Counted from the stretch's first letter, positions 37,586 through 47,292 are shown. The stretch is 64,000 nucleotides of DNA from an uncultured Candidatus Saccharibacteria bacterium (GCA_964487045.1 CAZAOT010000001.1:151863-215862); one strand, 5' to 3'. The notes: generated by a model from the sequence alone, not told the origin. A program made the numbers and translations.

Positions 37586-38194
37586 CTATTTGGCTACTTC
37601 ACTAATAGTGATCGATGCTGTCTTTGCTGTTGAGTCGGTTGAGAACAATACTTCCCAATCAACATGTGCCATTTCTGTAGTTCTGACGTTGTCAGTGTTT
37701 AGCTGCTCCTTGGTCACAAAGCCGGCTCTTTGAAGATCCTTCTGATATTTTTCATAAGCATCAGAATCAACCTGTTCAAATGTGATTGTCCAGCCCGCAG
37801 GCTCTGTGGTTGCAAGTGATCCCGTGACATTACCATAGGTAAATTTTGGTACTACACTCGGTGTGCTATCTGGCCATTTTGATGATCCAAGCTCCACACT
37901 TCCGTCCTCTCCGGTCACTTTGACAGAGTTGTCACTCGAATTTATATCAACTTTTCCGCCTGTTGCGGCTCCGATAAGACTTTCTGCACCCTTTTCAGCA
38001 ATCTTGCCAGCGAAGTATTTTGTTGCGATATAACTACCAATTCCTAGTACCGCTAAAATTATAACTATTATAATAATTGCAGTGGTGCAGCCCTTATTTC
38101 CACCACCTGAACTTTGCGATGAACTAGTGCTAGATGACGCAGCTGGTTTAGCAGGTTCTGCTTTTGGTTGCTCGGTCTTAATTTCTTCAGCCAT
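37586..38194 (-). CDS. membrane-anchored extracytoplasmic protein of unknown function
   Basis: N-terminal Ser/Ala-rich linker, a single TM (IIIIVIILAVLGIGSYIA), and a ~130-aa domain. Confidence 0.55.
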   Translation of the reverse strand: MAEEIKTEQPKAEPAKPAASSSTSSSQSSGGGNKGCTTAIIIIVIILAVLGIGSYIATKYFAGKIAEKGAESLIGAATGGKVDINSSDNSVKVTGEDGSVELGSSKWPDSTPSVVPKFTYGNVTGSLATTEPAGWTITFEQVDSDAYEKYQKDLQRAGFVTKEQLNTDNVRTTEMAHVDWEVLFSTDSTAKTASITISEVAK

Positions 38195-38316
38195 TAGGTT
38201 CCTCCTTAGACAATAATGCCTTAACTCATCTTATGAGTATTATTTTACTTTCTTATTATACCAAAAATACCATCTATTTTATTGTGCTTTGCAGGTTGAG
38301 TTAAACAGCGCAAGGC

Positions 38317-38436
38317 TTATCCACAACTTCTCAAAGTTATCCACCCCAGTATCAGTTCCTTTCTGTCATCAGAATTCACTTCTGATTGACAGAAGCAGAA
38401 TGATACGGGGCAAGCAATAAATCTTACTTATCCACA
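38317..38436 (+). promoter_or_regulatory. cluster of three DnaA boxes (TTATCCACA 38317-25, TTATCCACC 38337-45, TTATCCACA 38428-36) plus palindrome CTGTCATCAGAA-n6-TCTGATTGACAG (38364-38393)
   Basis: Two perfect and one 8/9 match to the DnaA-box consensus, all in the same orientation. An AT-rich tract with TATATAACAT x2 follows at 38500-38560. Confidence 0.4.
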
Positions 38437-38757
38437 AAGAGTGACTAGTTTTCCACAGGCAAGCGTGACCAACCCGAACAAACTTACATAACTTAACTTC
38501 GATATAGAGTAAGTTATATAACATTTTGATAATCTATATAACATATTTGACAAGTCGCACGCTTGATGGTTCTATGGATTTACATTAAATAAGTGTGAGA
38601 TGGGTAAGCGCGGTTAAATACCGTCACAGTCCCGCTACCGTAAAGTCGGAAAACCACTCATACATTCATCCCGAGGAGGAATTATGCAGCATACTTAGGT
38701 GTTTTTTAACTAGCTCAAAAGAGCTTTTTTTAGTCTCTTAAAAATATAAGGAGTAAA

Positions 38758-39111
38758 ATGAAGAAAATTAGAATTATACTTATCGCGTTATCTATCTTGG
38801 TCTTTCCAGTATTTCTAGCAGGCTGTCAGAATACAGCTAATCCTACGCTGCAAACGAGTGTTGCGCCTAGCACAGAAGTAACTTATTCTGGCGTAGAGGG
38901 TAAAACGGTTTACGAATTGCTTAAGGATTCACATCAAGTCGAGGCTGATGAGTCTTCTATGGGAGTTTTGGTCAAATCAATTGATGGCGTAAGCCAAACT
39001 GACAAGGAGTTTTGGCTATACGATATCAACGGTCAGCAGTCTAATCTTGGAGCGGACAAGCAGGCGACGAAAGATGGCGATGTTGTTCACTGGCAATTAA
39101 AAGGCTTCTAA
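38758..39111 (+). CDS. lipoprotein (signal peptide + lipobox LAGC), unknown function
   Basis: MKKIRIILIALSILVFPVFLAGCQN. Confidence 0.55.
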   Translation: MKKIRIILIALSILVFPVFLAGCQNTANPTLQTSVAPSTEVTYSGVEGKTVYELLKDSHQVEADESSMGVLVKSIDGVSQTDKEFWLYDINGQQSNLGADKQATKDGDVVHWQLKGF

Positions 39112-39113
39112 TG

Positions 39114-39141
39114 AAACAGGCCCACCCGGGCCTGTTTTTTT
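39114..39141 (+). terminator. rho-independent terminator
   Basis: AAACAGGCCC-accc-GGGCCTGTTTTTTT. Confidence 0.6.
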
Positions 39142-39180
39142 AACTTAGCAAGATCTGGTAAAATCATATGAGGAGGCCAA

Positions 39181-39744
39181 GTGAAAAAATTCAAGATTGG
39201 TTTGGTAGTTATTATAGTTTTCGCAATTTTAGCTGTAGTTACTCTAGTTTTGGTCAAAAAATATCGAGTTGAGCCCAAAAAGACCGAGCAATGCGAGACC
39301 GGGGAGGCGACTACTTGCAAGATCGATCTCAAGGACGCTGCGACTATTGAAGCTACCAAAACGACTGTTGGTAGTTTTGGCGATAAGGAAAAAATAAAAA
39401 ATAATATTTATTCAAACGAAAAGTTAAAATTTAAAATTTCTTTTCCTCAGAATTGGAGCAGTGCTCTCGTTAAGGAAACAATTCCATCAGGCAATTCCGA
39501 AGGGATGATCGAGTTTCAATTACCTACAAGTGATACGGTTTACAATGGTTATATATCGGCATTGGTGATTACGTTCTACAAGAAAGCATCGTATAACCCC
39601 ACTAATTCACTAGAAATGAAATTAGCAGAAAATACTGAGTATGTAGTTTCTTATCGTGCTTGGGAGCAGCCGCCAAGCGATAGTCCTATCACCGAGAAAG
39701 AAATTGCGACCATTGCCTCAAGCTTTGAGTTCATGAATAAGTAG
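39181..39744 (+). CDS. membrane-anchored hypothetical protein (GTG start)
   Basis: N-terminal TM, then a ~160-aa soluble domain. Confidence 0.45.
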   Translation: MKKFKIGLVVIIVFAILAVVTLVLVKKYRVEPKKTEQCETGEATTCKIDLKDAATIEATKTTVGSFGDKEKIKNNIYSNEKLKFKISFPQNWSSALVKETIPSGNSEGMIEFQLPTSDTVYNGYISALVITFYKKASYNPTNSLEMKLAENTEYVVSYRAWEQPPSDSPITEKEIATIASSFEFMNK

Positions 39745-39767
39745 CAAATTTTGGTAAAATAGAGAAA

Positions 39768-41135
39768 ATGGGGAAAGATTTTTTTGAAGATATTGTTGAG
39801 GCACCTGCTAAAGTTTTAGATAGATCAATTACTTCTTCGTCTGATTTTAAAGACAAAGTGATGGAGCAAAGGCCAATTAAGAGTGCCAAGAAGTATTGGG
39901 ATTTACTCGGCCCTGGGCTGATCACGGGGGCATCTGACGATGATCCCTCTGGAATCGCGACTTATTCTCAAACTGGCGCAAGATATGGTTTTTCTCTTCT
40001 TTGGTTGTCTATTTTTACATTTCCCTTAATGGCTATTGTTCAGGAAATGTGTGCCAGGATTGGTCTTGTGACAGGTCGGGGACTTGCTGCAAACGTAAGA
40101 AAGTATTTTCCAAAATATGTAATTTATATAGCTGCTTTATTGTTATTTGGAGCAAATACTTTCAACTTAGGAGCGGACCTTGGAATGATGGCCAGGGCTG
40201 TGCAGCTTCTATATCCCGGAATAAATTTTGTTTATTTAATTATTGGATTTACTCTACTTACCTTGTTTCTTCAAATTTTTGCGCCATACGAAAAATACGC
40301 AAAATATTTAAAATGGATGGCCTTGGTTCTACTTTCTTATATTTTCTCAGTTTTGATCATGAAGGGCGTGGACTGGGGTGAAATATTCAGTCATGCCATC
40401 CGTCCAACGATTGATTTCTCCAAGGACCAATTCATACTGATCTGCGCAATCCTCGGAACTACGATTTCACCTTATTTATTCTTCTGGCAAACTTCGCAGG
40501 AAGTTGAAGAATTAACCGAAAAGAAGGTTTCTGTCAGAAATGCTTCTGCGCCCATTACAAGAGGCCTTCTAAAGGATATGAGAGTTGATGTTTGGTCTGG
40601 CATGTTTTTATCAAACTTAGTGATGTTTTTCATAATTGTTGCTTGCGCGATCACCTTAAATAAATCAGGTTTGACTAATGTTCAGACTGCTGAAGATGCC
40701 GCTAGAGCCCTACGGCCACTTGCAGGCGATATGTCATACCTTCTTTTTGCAGTTGGCATCATTGGAACAGGCTTACTAGCTGTCCCGGTACTTTCAGGTT
40801 CAGCGGCTTATGCGATTTCTGAAAGCCTGAGCTGGAAAGAAGGACTACACAAGAAATTAAGCCACGCCTATTCATTTTATGGAGTAATGATTATCTCAAT
40901 GCTTATTGGGCTTGGATTAAACTTTGTTGGTCTTGATTCTATCAAGGCCTTAATTTATTCGGCCGTTCTTAATGGTTGCGTCGCTCCGGTCGTTTTAATT
41001 CTAATAGTGCTTCTCAGTTCCAACAAGAAAATTATGGGGGAGTATTCTAACTCTATTGTCATTAGAATAATCGGTTGGATCACAATAGCAATAATGCTAA
41101 TTGCCGCTGGAGCAACGATTTACTCTATTATTTAG
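39768..41135 (+). CDS. mntH: NRAMP-family divalent metal (Mn2+/Fe2+) transporter
   Basis: GPGLITGASDDDPSGIATYSQTGARYGFSLLW and MPH-like motifs. About 11 TM helices. Confidence 0.85.
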   Translation: MGKDFFEDIVEAPAKVLDRSITSSSDFKDKVMEQRPIKSAKKYWDLLGPGLITGASDDDPSGIATYSQTGARYGFSLLWLSIFTFPLMAIVQEMCARIGLVTGRGLAANVRKYFPKYVIYIAALLLFGANTFNLGADLGMMARAVQLLYPGINFVYLIIGFTLLTLFLQIFAPYEKYAKYLKWMALVLLSYIFSVLIMKGVDWGEIFSHAIRPTIDFSKDQFILICAILGTTISPYLFFWQTSQEVEELTEKKVSVRNASAPITRGLLKDMRVDVWSGMFLSNLVMFFIIVACAITLNKSGLTNVQTAEDAARALRPLAGDMSYLLFAVGIIGTGLLAVPVLSGSAAYAISESLSWKEGLHKKLSHAYSFYGVMIISMLIGLGLNFVGLDSIKALIYSAVLNGCVAPVVLILIVLLSSNKKIMGEYSNSIVIRIIGWITIAIMLIAAGATIYSII

Positions 41136-42372
41136 AGGCCTTAGCAATTCTCGAGATCGCTAGCAGATAAGCAGCCTCACGCAGGCTGACTTTTCGTTTT
41201 TGCGCTTCAAGCTGTATTTGTCTTAGTGCTTTTCTCATTTTAGCAATTAATGCTTTTTGAGCTTCTTCGTATTCCATTTTAACGCCTTCGACGTTTTCTT
41301 GCCATTCATAATAACTCGCCAGGACGCCACCGGCATTTGCCAGAATATCTGGGACAATTGCAACACCTTTTTTGACAAGTATCCCTTCGGCGTCTTCCAT
41401 GATCGGGTGATTGGCTAGTTCAACGATTATTTTTGCTTTAATCTTATTGGCATTTTTAGTTGTGATTTGCTCGCCAACTGCTGCTGGGATCAGAATATCA
41501 CAAGGCGTTTCAAGTACTGATTCTGCGCTTGTAAATTTACAATCGTTAGAATCTCCATGCACGCTGCAAACACAAGTTTCGCAAACTTTCTTACCACTCT
41601 TAACGTGCTTCATTGTGTTGTGATAGTCTAATCCATCTTCATGCACTACTCCGCCATCGACATCAGCAATTGCAACTATTTTAAATCCCATATGAGTTAG
41701 ATGGTGGACCAAGTGGGAGCCAACATTGCCGAATCCTTGTACGGCAACGGTTATGTCTTGAGGCTTCTTGTTAAGTAATTTGGCTACCTCAGCAGTAACG
41801 GCTGCTCCGCCAAGACCAGTTGCTTCATCTCTGACTTTTATTCCGCCGTCTGAGACTGCCTTGCCGGTGATAACTCCAGGAGCAGAGGAATCAGTAACTC
41901 TTTCATATTCTTTTCTAAACCATCTCATGATAAGCGGATTTGTATTCATATCTGGGGCAGGAACATCCTTTGTTTCCCCAATATCATCTGCAATTGCTCG
42001 AGCAAATGCCTCGGTTATTTTTTTCAATTCTTTCTTGCTGAGTGTTCTTGGGTCGACAGTAATTCCACCCTTGCCGCCACCAAAGGGGATATCGATGACT
42101 GCAGTTTTCAAACTCATAAGTGCAGCGAGAATCTTAACCTCATCATTATTAACTCCTTGGTGATATCTAATCCCACCCTTATAGGCCCCTCGGGCATTAT
42201 TGTGTTGCACTCTTATTCCATCAAAAACCTTGGTTTCTCCATTATCAAGTTTAACTGGAAGTTTTACCTCAATAATTTTTTGTGGTTGTTTAAGGGCATC
42301 AATTAAACCTTTCTCTAGGCCTAGTTTTTTACCGCTTTTCTCGATTAGACTCTCGATTGCTTCATAATTCAT
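41128..42372 (-). CDS. gdhA: NAD(P)-dependent glutamate dehydrogenase
   Basis: KGGIRYHQGVNNDEVKILAALMSLKTAVIDIPFGGGKGG, and the dinucleotide motif GFGNVGSH. Confidence 0.95.
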   Translation of the reverse strand: MNYEAIESLIEKSGKKLGLEKGLIDALKQPQKIIEVKLPVKLDNGETKVFDGIRVQHNNARGAYKGGIRYHQGVNNDEVKILAALMSLKTAVIDIPFGGGKGGITVDPRTLSKKELKKITEAFARAIADDIGETKDVPAPDMNTNPLIMRWFRKEYERVTDSSAPGVITGKAVSDGGIKVRDEATGLGGAAVTAEVAKLLNKKPQDITVAVQGFGNVGSHLVHHLTHMGFKIVAIADVDGGVVHEDGLDYHNTMKHVKSGKKVCETCVCSVHGDSNDCKFTSAESVLETPCDILIPAAVGEQITTKNANKIKAKIIVELANHPIMEDAEGILVKKGVAIVPDILANAGGVLASYYEWQENVEGVKMEYEEAQKALIAKMRKALRQIQLEAQKRKVSLREAAYLLAISRIAKASK

Positions 42373-42460
42373 GAGAAGTTTTCCTCCTTAGTTAAAAGAT
42401 ATCTATATAATAATTACCAAATTATATTTTTCAAGTGCAAAATTTGCTATTATTATATCA

Positions 42461-44884
42461 ATGAGGAATTTTTGGTTGTCCCCAAGGAGGAACAAGCTTG
42501 GCTTTAGGTTTTTTATTGTACTCCTTTTAGTTCTCGTAATATCGGTTTTTAGGATTAGCGATTTTGCTCGTGGAGCTGCAGGAGATGTTACTCTCACTGG
42601 TTCAGCTTTTTCTGATACCGATGCTGAAGATACCATGAATGCCAGTCAGTGGGTGGTAAGGGATGCAAGTGTCACCGTCTATGACCAGGTAGCTGGCGCT
42701 GTAACTACTATTACGGTACCTGCTGCAACATTTGTAAATGGTACGACTTATTTCTGGAAAGTACGCTATCAGGACCAGCATCTTGTTTGGAGTGATTATT
42801 CCGCTGAGTCATCTTTCGTATATGGTAGTGGTGCGACTCCAACGCCTGCTGCGTCGACGGCTGCTCCTAGTTCTACCGCTACTCCCTCTAGCATAGTCTC
42901 TGGAACTGCGACAGTGACACCAAATCCTTCTCCATCTCCTGCTCCTACTTGGAGCTGTATGTTTGGATGGACGTTTATAAATGGAGGATGGTTTTGTGGT
43001 GATCCCCAGGCTTATAGCACCAGTATTCTAGTTCCAGAAGATCAGAACGATTTTTGCCCACAAGACATGGTAAAAATTACCTATTATTATCATTATGGCC
43101 AACAGGTAAGTGGGGGCTGGGGGCTGAAAACTCTTGAAGAGTATCAAGATTTGGCAGCAAAGAAGGATAGCTCCGGAGAACTAGATTCACCGGTCCATGA
43201 TATTTATTTATCGACAGACGGGGGGAGCGTTTACAATCGTATAGAACATGATTTTGACCCGATGCCAGGAGCGGTTATGGAAAAAGTGCCATCTCCGAGC
43301 AAAGGGCGAACGTATCCTTATGCTGAGAGTGTTAATTATCTGAAGGTAACTCACTATGTAAAAATTCCACAAGGCACAATTTCGGACCCATCGAAGGCTA
43401 AATTATTAGTTTATGTAGCAGCAAATCGTCATCCAATTAATTATTCAGGCTTACCAGAAGGAACGGCTTATATCCCTATTGGCGGAGATGACTTAGGGGA
43501 TAGTTTCTTATTTTCCTCTGAGGGTAACAATTATTGGAAGTCGGCCGATGGTGATGTAATGGACTACTCTAACGGCGTTCAAGCCAAGCAGTGTACTGGA
43601 ATGAGTATTACGCCCACTACTAGCGGTTTGTGTAAATCAACTATTACAAGTCCAAAAAACTGGGTAAAGGGTTCAACTAATAGAATCGCCTGGGCGAGTG
43701 GGTTTGCGTCAAATCCCAATGATCAAAAAACAGTTAATATTTTAGCTGAAAAAAGTAGTAGTACTGAGCCAATTGCAATGACGCAGCCAGATGTTGGAAG
43801 TTATGTAGCTAATTATGATCCAGGAAACGTAAGAAGTTTTAATTTGAAATTAGAACAATATGTCTCAGGCAAGCTTGCTTCAAGCTGCTCAGTCAATTTA
43901 AAAGTTTCGAGTGGCGATGGTAGCTGCAGTGGGGTAGGATGTCTTCCGCAGAAGGTAGATAAGATCCTCGTCCTAGGTTCTTTGATTGCTACCTTACTTG
44001 GCGCTCTTCTTAGTCTTTTAGCAGCATTCCCGGCGTTCTCAAGAGTCCTAAGTGGTCTATTTAATCTCATGTCTGCTCCTGTCTGGGGAATGGGTGGTCC
44101 TTCAGGAAAACATGCTTGGGGAATTGTATATGACACTTCCACAAAAACTCCAATTGAAAAAGCCGTTATCAGAGTCTTCTCAGCTCCCTCTGATCGTCTT
44201 CGCGCTACAATTAGAACCAATAAAAACGGACAATTTGGTTTTATATTGCCACCAGGTAACTACTCTTTGACGGGTTCAGCAAGTGGATTTGATTTTCCAA
44301 CTAGATTGATCACTGCTTCAACCGATGGCCCTTACGCTAACTTATATCGTGGTGGTGCCTTCCAGGTTGATGGTGACGGTACTGAAAAAGCTCAAATTAA
44401 TTTCAATGTTCCTCTCGATCGAGTTAAAGTTACTACATTCGATCTGGTTGAACTTAAGACTTTGACTGCAGTATCAAGATTCTTCCAAGCTATCAGAATT
44501 CCGCTGATGATTCTTGGTACTTTATCGACTGGGTATTTGGTGTTTACTCAGGGGCGAACCTTCGACTATGTTCTGGCGGTTGTTTACGCATTGATGTGGG
44601 GTTGGGAGATAAAGAACATGCTGAAAAAGAAAGCATTCGGAGTAGTCAAAGATCAAAGGGGGAACCCAATTTCACTAGTCGTTATTAGGGTTCTTGATAA
44701 ATATAATCGTCTTAAAACTACCATTGTTACAGGAGATGATGGTAAGTTTCAGGCTAATCTTGATCCAGGCGAATACAGGCTTGATATTTCAAGGCCTGGC
44801 TATAAAAGCGTAAGAACTCAACTCATAAAAATATCTAATGTTCAAGATATTGGTAAGCTAGATATCAACCTTACGAAACTCTAG
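42461..44884 (+). CDS. large surface protein: N-terminal TM, Pro/Thr/Ser-rich linker, internal TM and two carboxypeptidase-regulatory-like domains
   Basis: 807 aa. GIVYDTSTKTPIEKAVIRVF...NKNGQFGF and VVKDQRGNPISLVVIRVL..GDDGKFQANLDPGEYRLDI. Confidence 0.55.
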   Translation: MRNFWLSPRRNKLGFRFFIVLLLVLVISVFRISDFARGAAGDVTLTGSAFSDTDAEDTMNASQWVVRDASVTVYDQVAGAVTTITVPAATFVNGTTYFWKVRYQDQHLVWSDYSAESSFVYGSGATPTPAASTAAPSSTATPSSIVSGTATVTPNPSPSPAPTWSCMFGWTFINGGWFCGDPQAYSTSILVPEDQNDFCPQDMVKITYYYHYGQQVSGGWGLKTLEEYQDLAAKKDSSGELDSPVHDIYLSTDGGSVYNRIEHDFDPMPGAVMEKVPSPSKGRTYPYAESVNYLKVTHYVKIPQGTISDPSKAKLLVYVAANRHPINYSGLPEGTAYIPIGGDDLGDSFLFSSEGNNYWKSADGDVMDYSNGVQAKQCTGMSITPTTSGLCKSTITSPKNWVKGSTNRIAWASGFASNPNDQKTVNILAEKSSSTEPIAMTQPDVGSYVANYDPGNVRSFNLKLEQYVSGKLASSCSVNLKVSSGDGSCSGVGCLPQKVDKILVLGSLIATLLGALLSLLAAFPAFSRVLSGLFNLMSAPVWGMGGPSGKHAWGIVYDTSTKTPIEKAVIRVFSAPSDRLRATIRTNKNGQFGFILPPGNYSLTGSASGFDFPTRLITASTDGPYANLYRGGAFQVDGDGTEKAQINFNVPLDRVKVTTFDLVELKTLTAVSRFFQAIRIPLMILGTLSTGYLVFTQGRTFDYVLAVVYALMWGWEIKNMLKKKAFGVVKDQRGNPISLVVIRVLDKYNRLKTTIVTGDDGKFQANLDPGEYRLDISRPGYKSVRTQLIKISNVQDIGKLDINLTKL

Positions 44885-44896
44885 TGCAAAAAGGGA

Positions 44897-44925
44897 TTGA
44901 CAACTTGTAAAGTCTACTTTACAAT
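44897..44925 (+). promoter_or_regulatory. consensus sigma70 promoter TTGACA-17-TACAAT with an embedded perfect palindrome TTGTAAAG-TCTA-CTTTACAA (44905-44924)
   Basis: -35 at 44897-902, -10 at 44920-925, ATG at 44932. The inverted repeat spans the spacer and the -10. Confidence 0.55.
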
Positions 44926-44931
44926 TAGGGC

Positions 44932-45639
44932 ATGAGTAGACGAGAAATTGCAAGTTATCTAAGAAAGTTCAGAGAGAGGTCAGAAATCACACAAGGTGAT
45001 CTGGCTGATATGCTTGGTATTTCACGCCAATCAGTTATCTCTCTTGAGAGTGGGCGTTGTGTGCCCTCAGTTGCCTTAGCTATTAAGGTATCAAGACTAT
45101 TTGAAATGCCTGTTGAGTTTATCTTTAGAGAATCAAGCGAGATTGAAGAAAATGAAAATAAAGAAACTAAAACGCCGGAAGGCAACGGAGGTATTATGAA
45201 TAGAGATTTAATGCCTTGGTCTCCTCTTCGAGAGATTATGTCGATGAGAGAGACAATGGACAGGTTCTTTGACGAACCAAGCAGTAGATCGACAGCTTTG
45301 TTTCATCCTGCGGTGGGTATCAGAGAATCAGAAAAAGAGTTGGTAATTGAAGCAGATATTCCTGGAGTTAAGGAAGATGATCTCGATGTAGAAATTGAAA
45401 ACGATAAAGTTGTTATCAAGGGTGAGAGAAGGCACCGTGAAGAAACTAAGAAGGAAGATTATTATCATCTAGAGAGTTCATATGGATCATTCTCAAGAAT
45501 GGTATCGCTTCCAAGCTATGTTGACTCTTCCAAGGCTGAAGCAGAATTCAAGGATGGTGTCTTAGAGATCAAAATTCCTAAGGTTACTGAGAAGCAGTCC
45601 AAGAAACTAACAATTAAGAAAAAGGCAGAAGCAAAGTAA
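44932..45639 (+). CDS. fusion protein: N-terminal XRE-family HTH DNA-binding domain + C-terminal Hsp20/alpha-crystallin small heat-shock domain
   Basis: N: ITQGDLADMLGISRQSVISLESGRCVPSVALAIKVSRLF. C: DIPGVKEDDLDVEIENDKVVIKGERRH...FSRMVSLPSYVDSSKAEAEFKDGVLEIKIPK. Confidence 0.75.
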   Translation: MSRREIASYLRKFRERSEITQGDLADMLGISRQSVISLESGRCVPSVALAIKVSRLFEMPVEFIFRESSEIEENENKETKTPEGNGGIMNRDLMPWSPLREIMSMRETMDRFFDEPSSRSTALFHPAVGIRESEKELVIEADIPGVKEDDLDVEIENDKVVIKGERRHREETKKEDYYHLESSYGSFSRMVSLPSYVDSSKAEAEFKDGVLEIKIPKVTEKQSKKLTIKKKAEAK

Positions 45640-45660
45640 TTTTTGCGAAAGTACTGAATG

Positions 45661-45686
45661 AAAAAGCTCCATTACTGGAGCTTTTT
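45661..45686. terminator. bidirectional terminator
   Basis: AAAAAGCTCCA-ttact-GGAGCTTTTT. Confidence 0.6.
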
Positions 45687-45707
45687 CTATATAACTTGTT
45701 ATATATA

Positions 45708-47150
45708 TTATCGGTGTATAAAGACAATAGTTCCTATTTCTGCCCAACTGTAAACTTCCTGGGCGCTACCTCGACCAAGTCTGACGCAGCCATGTGAAAC
45801 GGGAGTGCCTAGATGAGCTTCTCCTTCCTTGGTCCCATTGGCCCATTCTGGCAATTCATGAATTCCATATTCACTTCCGATAAAAGCCATCCAATATGGC
45901 ATGTAGAGATCGTATTTACTTGAATAAGCCCTTGGATCTTTATTGTTTATTGAATATTCACCTTCGGGAGTAGGCATAGACCATTTACCAGTAGATACGC
46001 GATATGAGCCAAGTAGCTGACTACCCTCGAATGTGTATAGCATCTGCTGGGAAAGATTTACTTCTATGAACTTACCAGGAAATTTACCCGGGTTGTAACC
46101 AGGTGATATAACTTCTTCTTCTATTGGAGAAGAAGTAACTTCTAATGCAGCTATCCTTTGATCTTTCTCTAGGGCTTCTCTGATATTTCTTGTACTAGCT
46201 TTGACATCTAGCATTCTTCCTTCTGCGCCTTCATCTATCACAGCATTATCTATACTTGAAACTTTCTTAGTTCTTCCTTTTACATTGAAGTATTTAGACA
46301 CTGAATTAAGATAATCTTCGATTGGCTTATCCGAGAGAGTAAGTTTTTGATTGAGAACAGTCATCTCGAGATCAACAAAATTAATTATATCTTCTTTCTT
46401 CAAGAGCAATTTTTTATAATCAGACTGCAGATATACGGTTTTGTCAATTAGTTGTTCTATGTCAGATCTGAATTGCTCTATGTCCTGCGAAGTATAATTA
46501 GCTTTAGTATCAATTTTGTTTAGAGTGATCACTGAGTCAATTTTAGAATTAAGAGTTCTTTCTATTTGTCGTTCAAAGTCATAAACATCAATTTTATAAC
46601 CAGCTTCCTCTTTCTTTATTGCTAAAGCGTTGTTTTCGATGGCAATAGAAGCATTTACTGAATCTTTTTTAGAGTTTTCAAATAATTCTCCAATTTTCTT
46701 CTCGGTTTCGGAGCTTTTTTTGATATCAATTGGTGCGTTCGCCTTACCGGTTATTATATCTTTAAAATATGAAAGAGTAGGTAGGGAGAAGAATAGTGAT
46801 TTCTTGCCGTAATTAAAAATAGAATCAGTCGTCTTGCTTGATTGGATTGATATTCCTAGTTCATCGAGGGTTTTAGTCTGTCTTTTGCCCTCAAAGTTCA
46901 ATGCAACTGATTGCTTTTTTAGTTCTTTTTCTGACTGCAGGACTAGTTTAGTTATTTCTGGGAACGTTTTAAGCCCAACATCTTGTCCTTGGTATCTGAC
47001 GAAGGGGAGTGAGTAGTCTTGAGCGGCGTAGGTTATTAGCGCATACCCAATTACCAAAAAAATTATCGGGCTTGCGATAATCAAAAAGAGCCACTTCCTT
47101 CTATGTGGTGATGGCTCGTTCAATAACTTATTTTCTTGTTCTTTTTCCAT
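45708..47150 (-). CDS. L,D-transpeptidase (YkuD domain) with an N-terminal TM and a long extracytoplasmic region
   Basis: The C-terminal catalytic domain carries His/Cys: ...GIHELPEW...GTPVSHGCVRL. Confidence 0.8.
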   Translation of the reverse strand: MEKEQENKLLNEPSPHRRKWLFLIIASPIIFLVIGYALITYAAQDYSLPFVRYQGQDVGLKTFPEITKLVLQSEKELKKQSVALNFEGKRQTKTLDELGISIQSSKTTDSIFNYGKKSLFFSLPTLSYFKDIITGKANAPIDIKKSSETEKKIGELFENSKKDSVNASIAIENNALAIKKEEAGYKIDVYDFERQIERTLNSKIDSVITLNKIDTKANYTSQDIEQFRSDIEQLIDKTVYLQSDYKKLLLKKEDIINFVDLEMTVLNQKLTLSDKPIEDYLNSVSKYFNVKGRTKKVSSIDNAVIDEGAEGRMLDVKASTRNIREALEKDQRIAALEVTSSPIEEEVISPGYNPGKFPGKFIEVNLSQQMLYTFEGSQLLGSYRVSTGKWSMPTPEGEYSINNKDPRAYSSKYDLYMPYWMAFIGSEYGIHELPEWANGTKEGEAHLGTPVSHGCVRLGRGSAQEVYSWAEIGTIVFIHR

Positions 47151-47177
47151 CCCTTATATATGATAATTATTTTTGTA

Positions 47178-47206
47178 TTGAAAAACAAGCCTTATCGGGT
47201 TATAAT
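47178..47206 (+). promoter_or_regulatory. sigma70 promoter TTGAAA-17-TATAAT for the tRNA
   Basis: -10 ends 11 nt before the tRNA 5' end. Confidence 0.5.
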
Positions 47207-47217
47207 CATTTTGTTTT

Positions 47218-47292
47218 CGGCCTGTAGCTCATTGGTAGAGCGACGCTCTTATAAGGCGTATGTAGATGGTTCGATCCCATCCAGGCCGACCA
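47218..47292 (+). tRNA. tRNA-Ile (anticodon UAU as encoded), CCA encoded
   Basis: CGGCCTG / CAGGCCG acceptor, anticodon stem ACGCT/GGCGT (one G.U), loop CTTATAA, T-arm GATGG-TTCGATC-CCATC. Confidence 0.75.
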
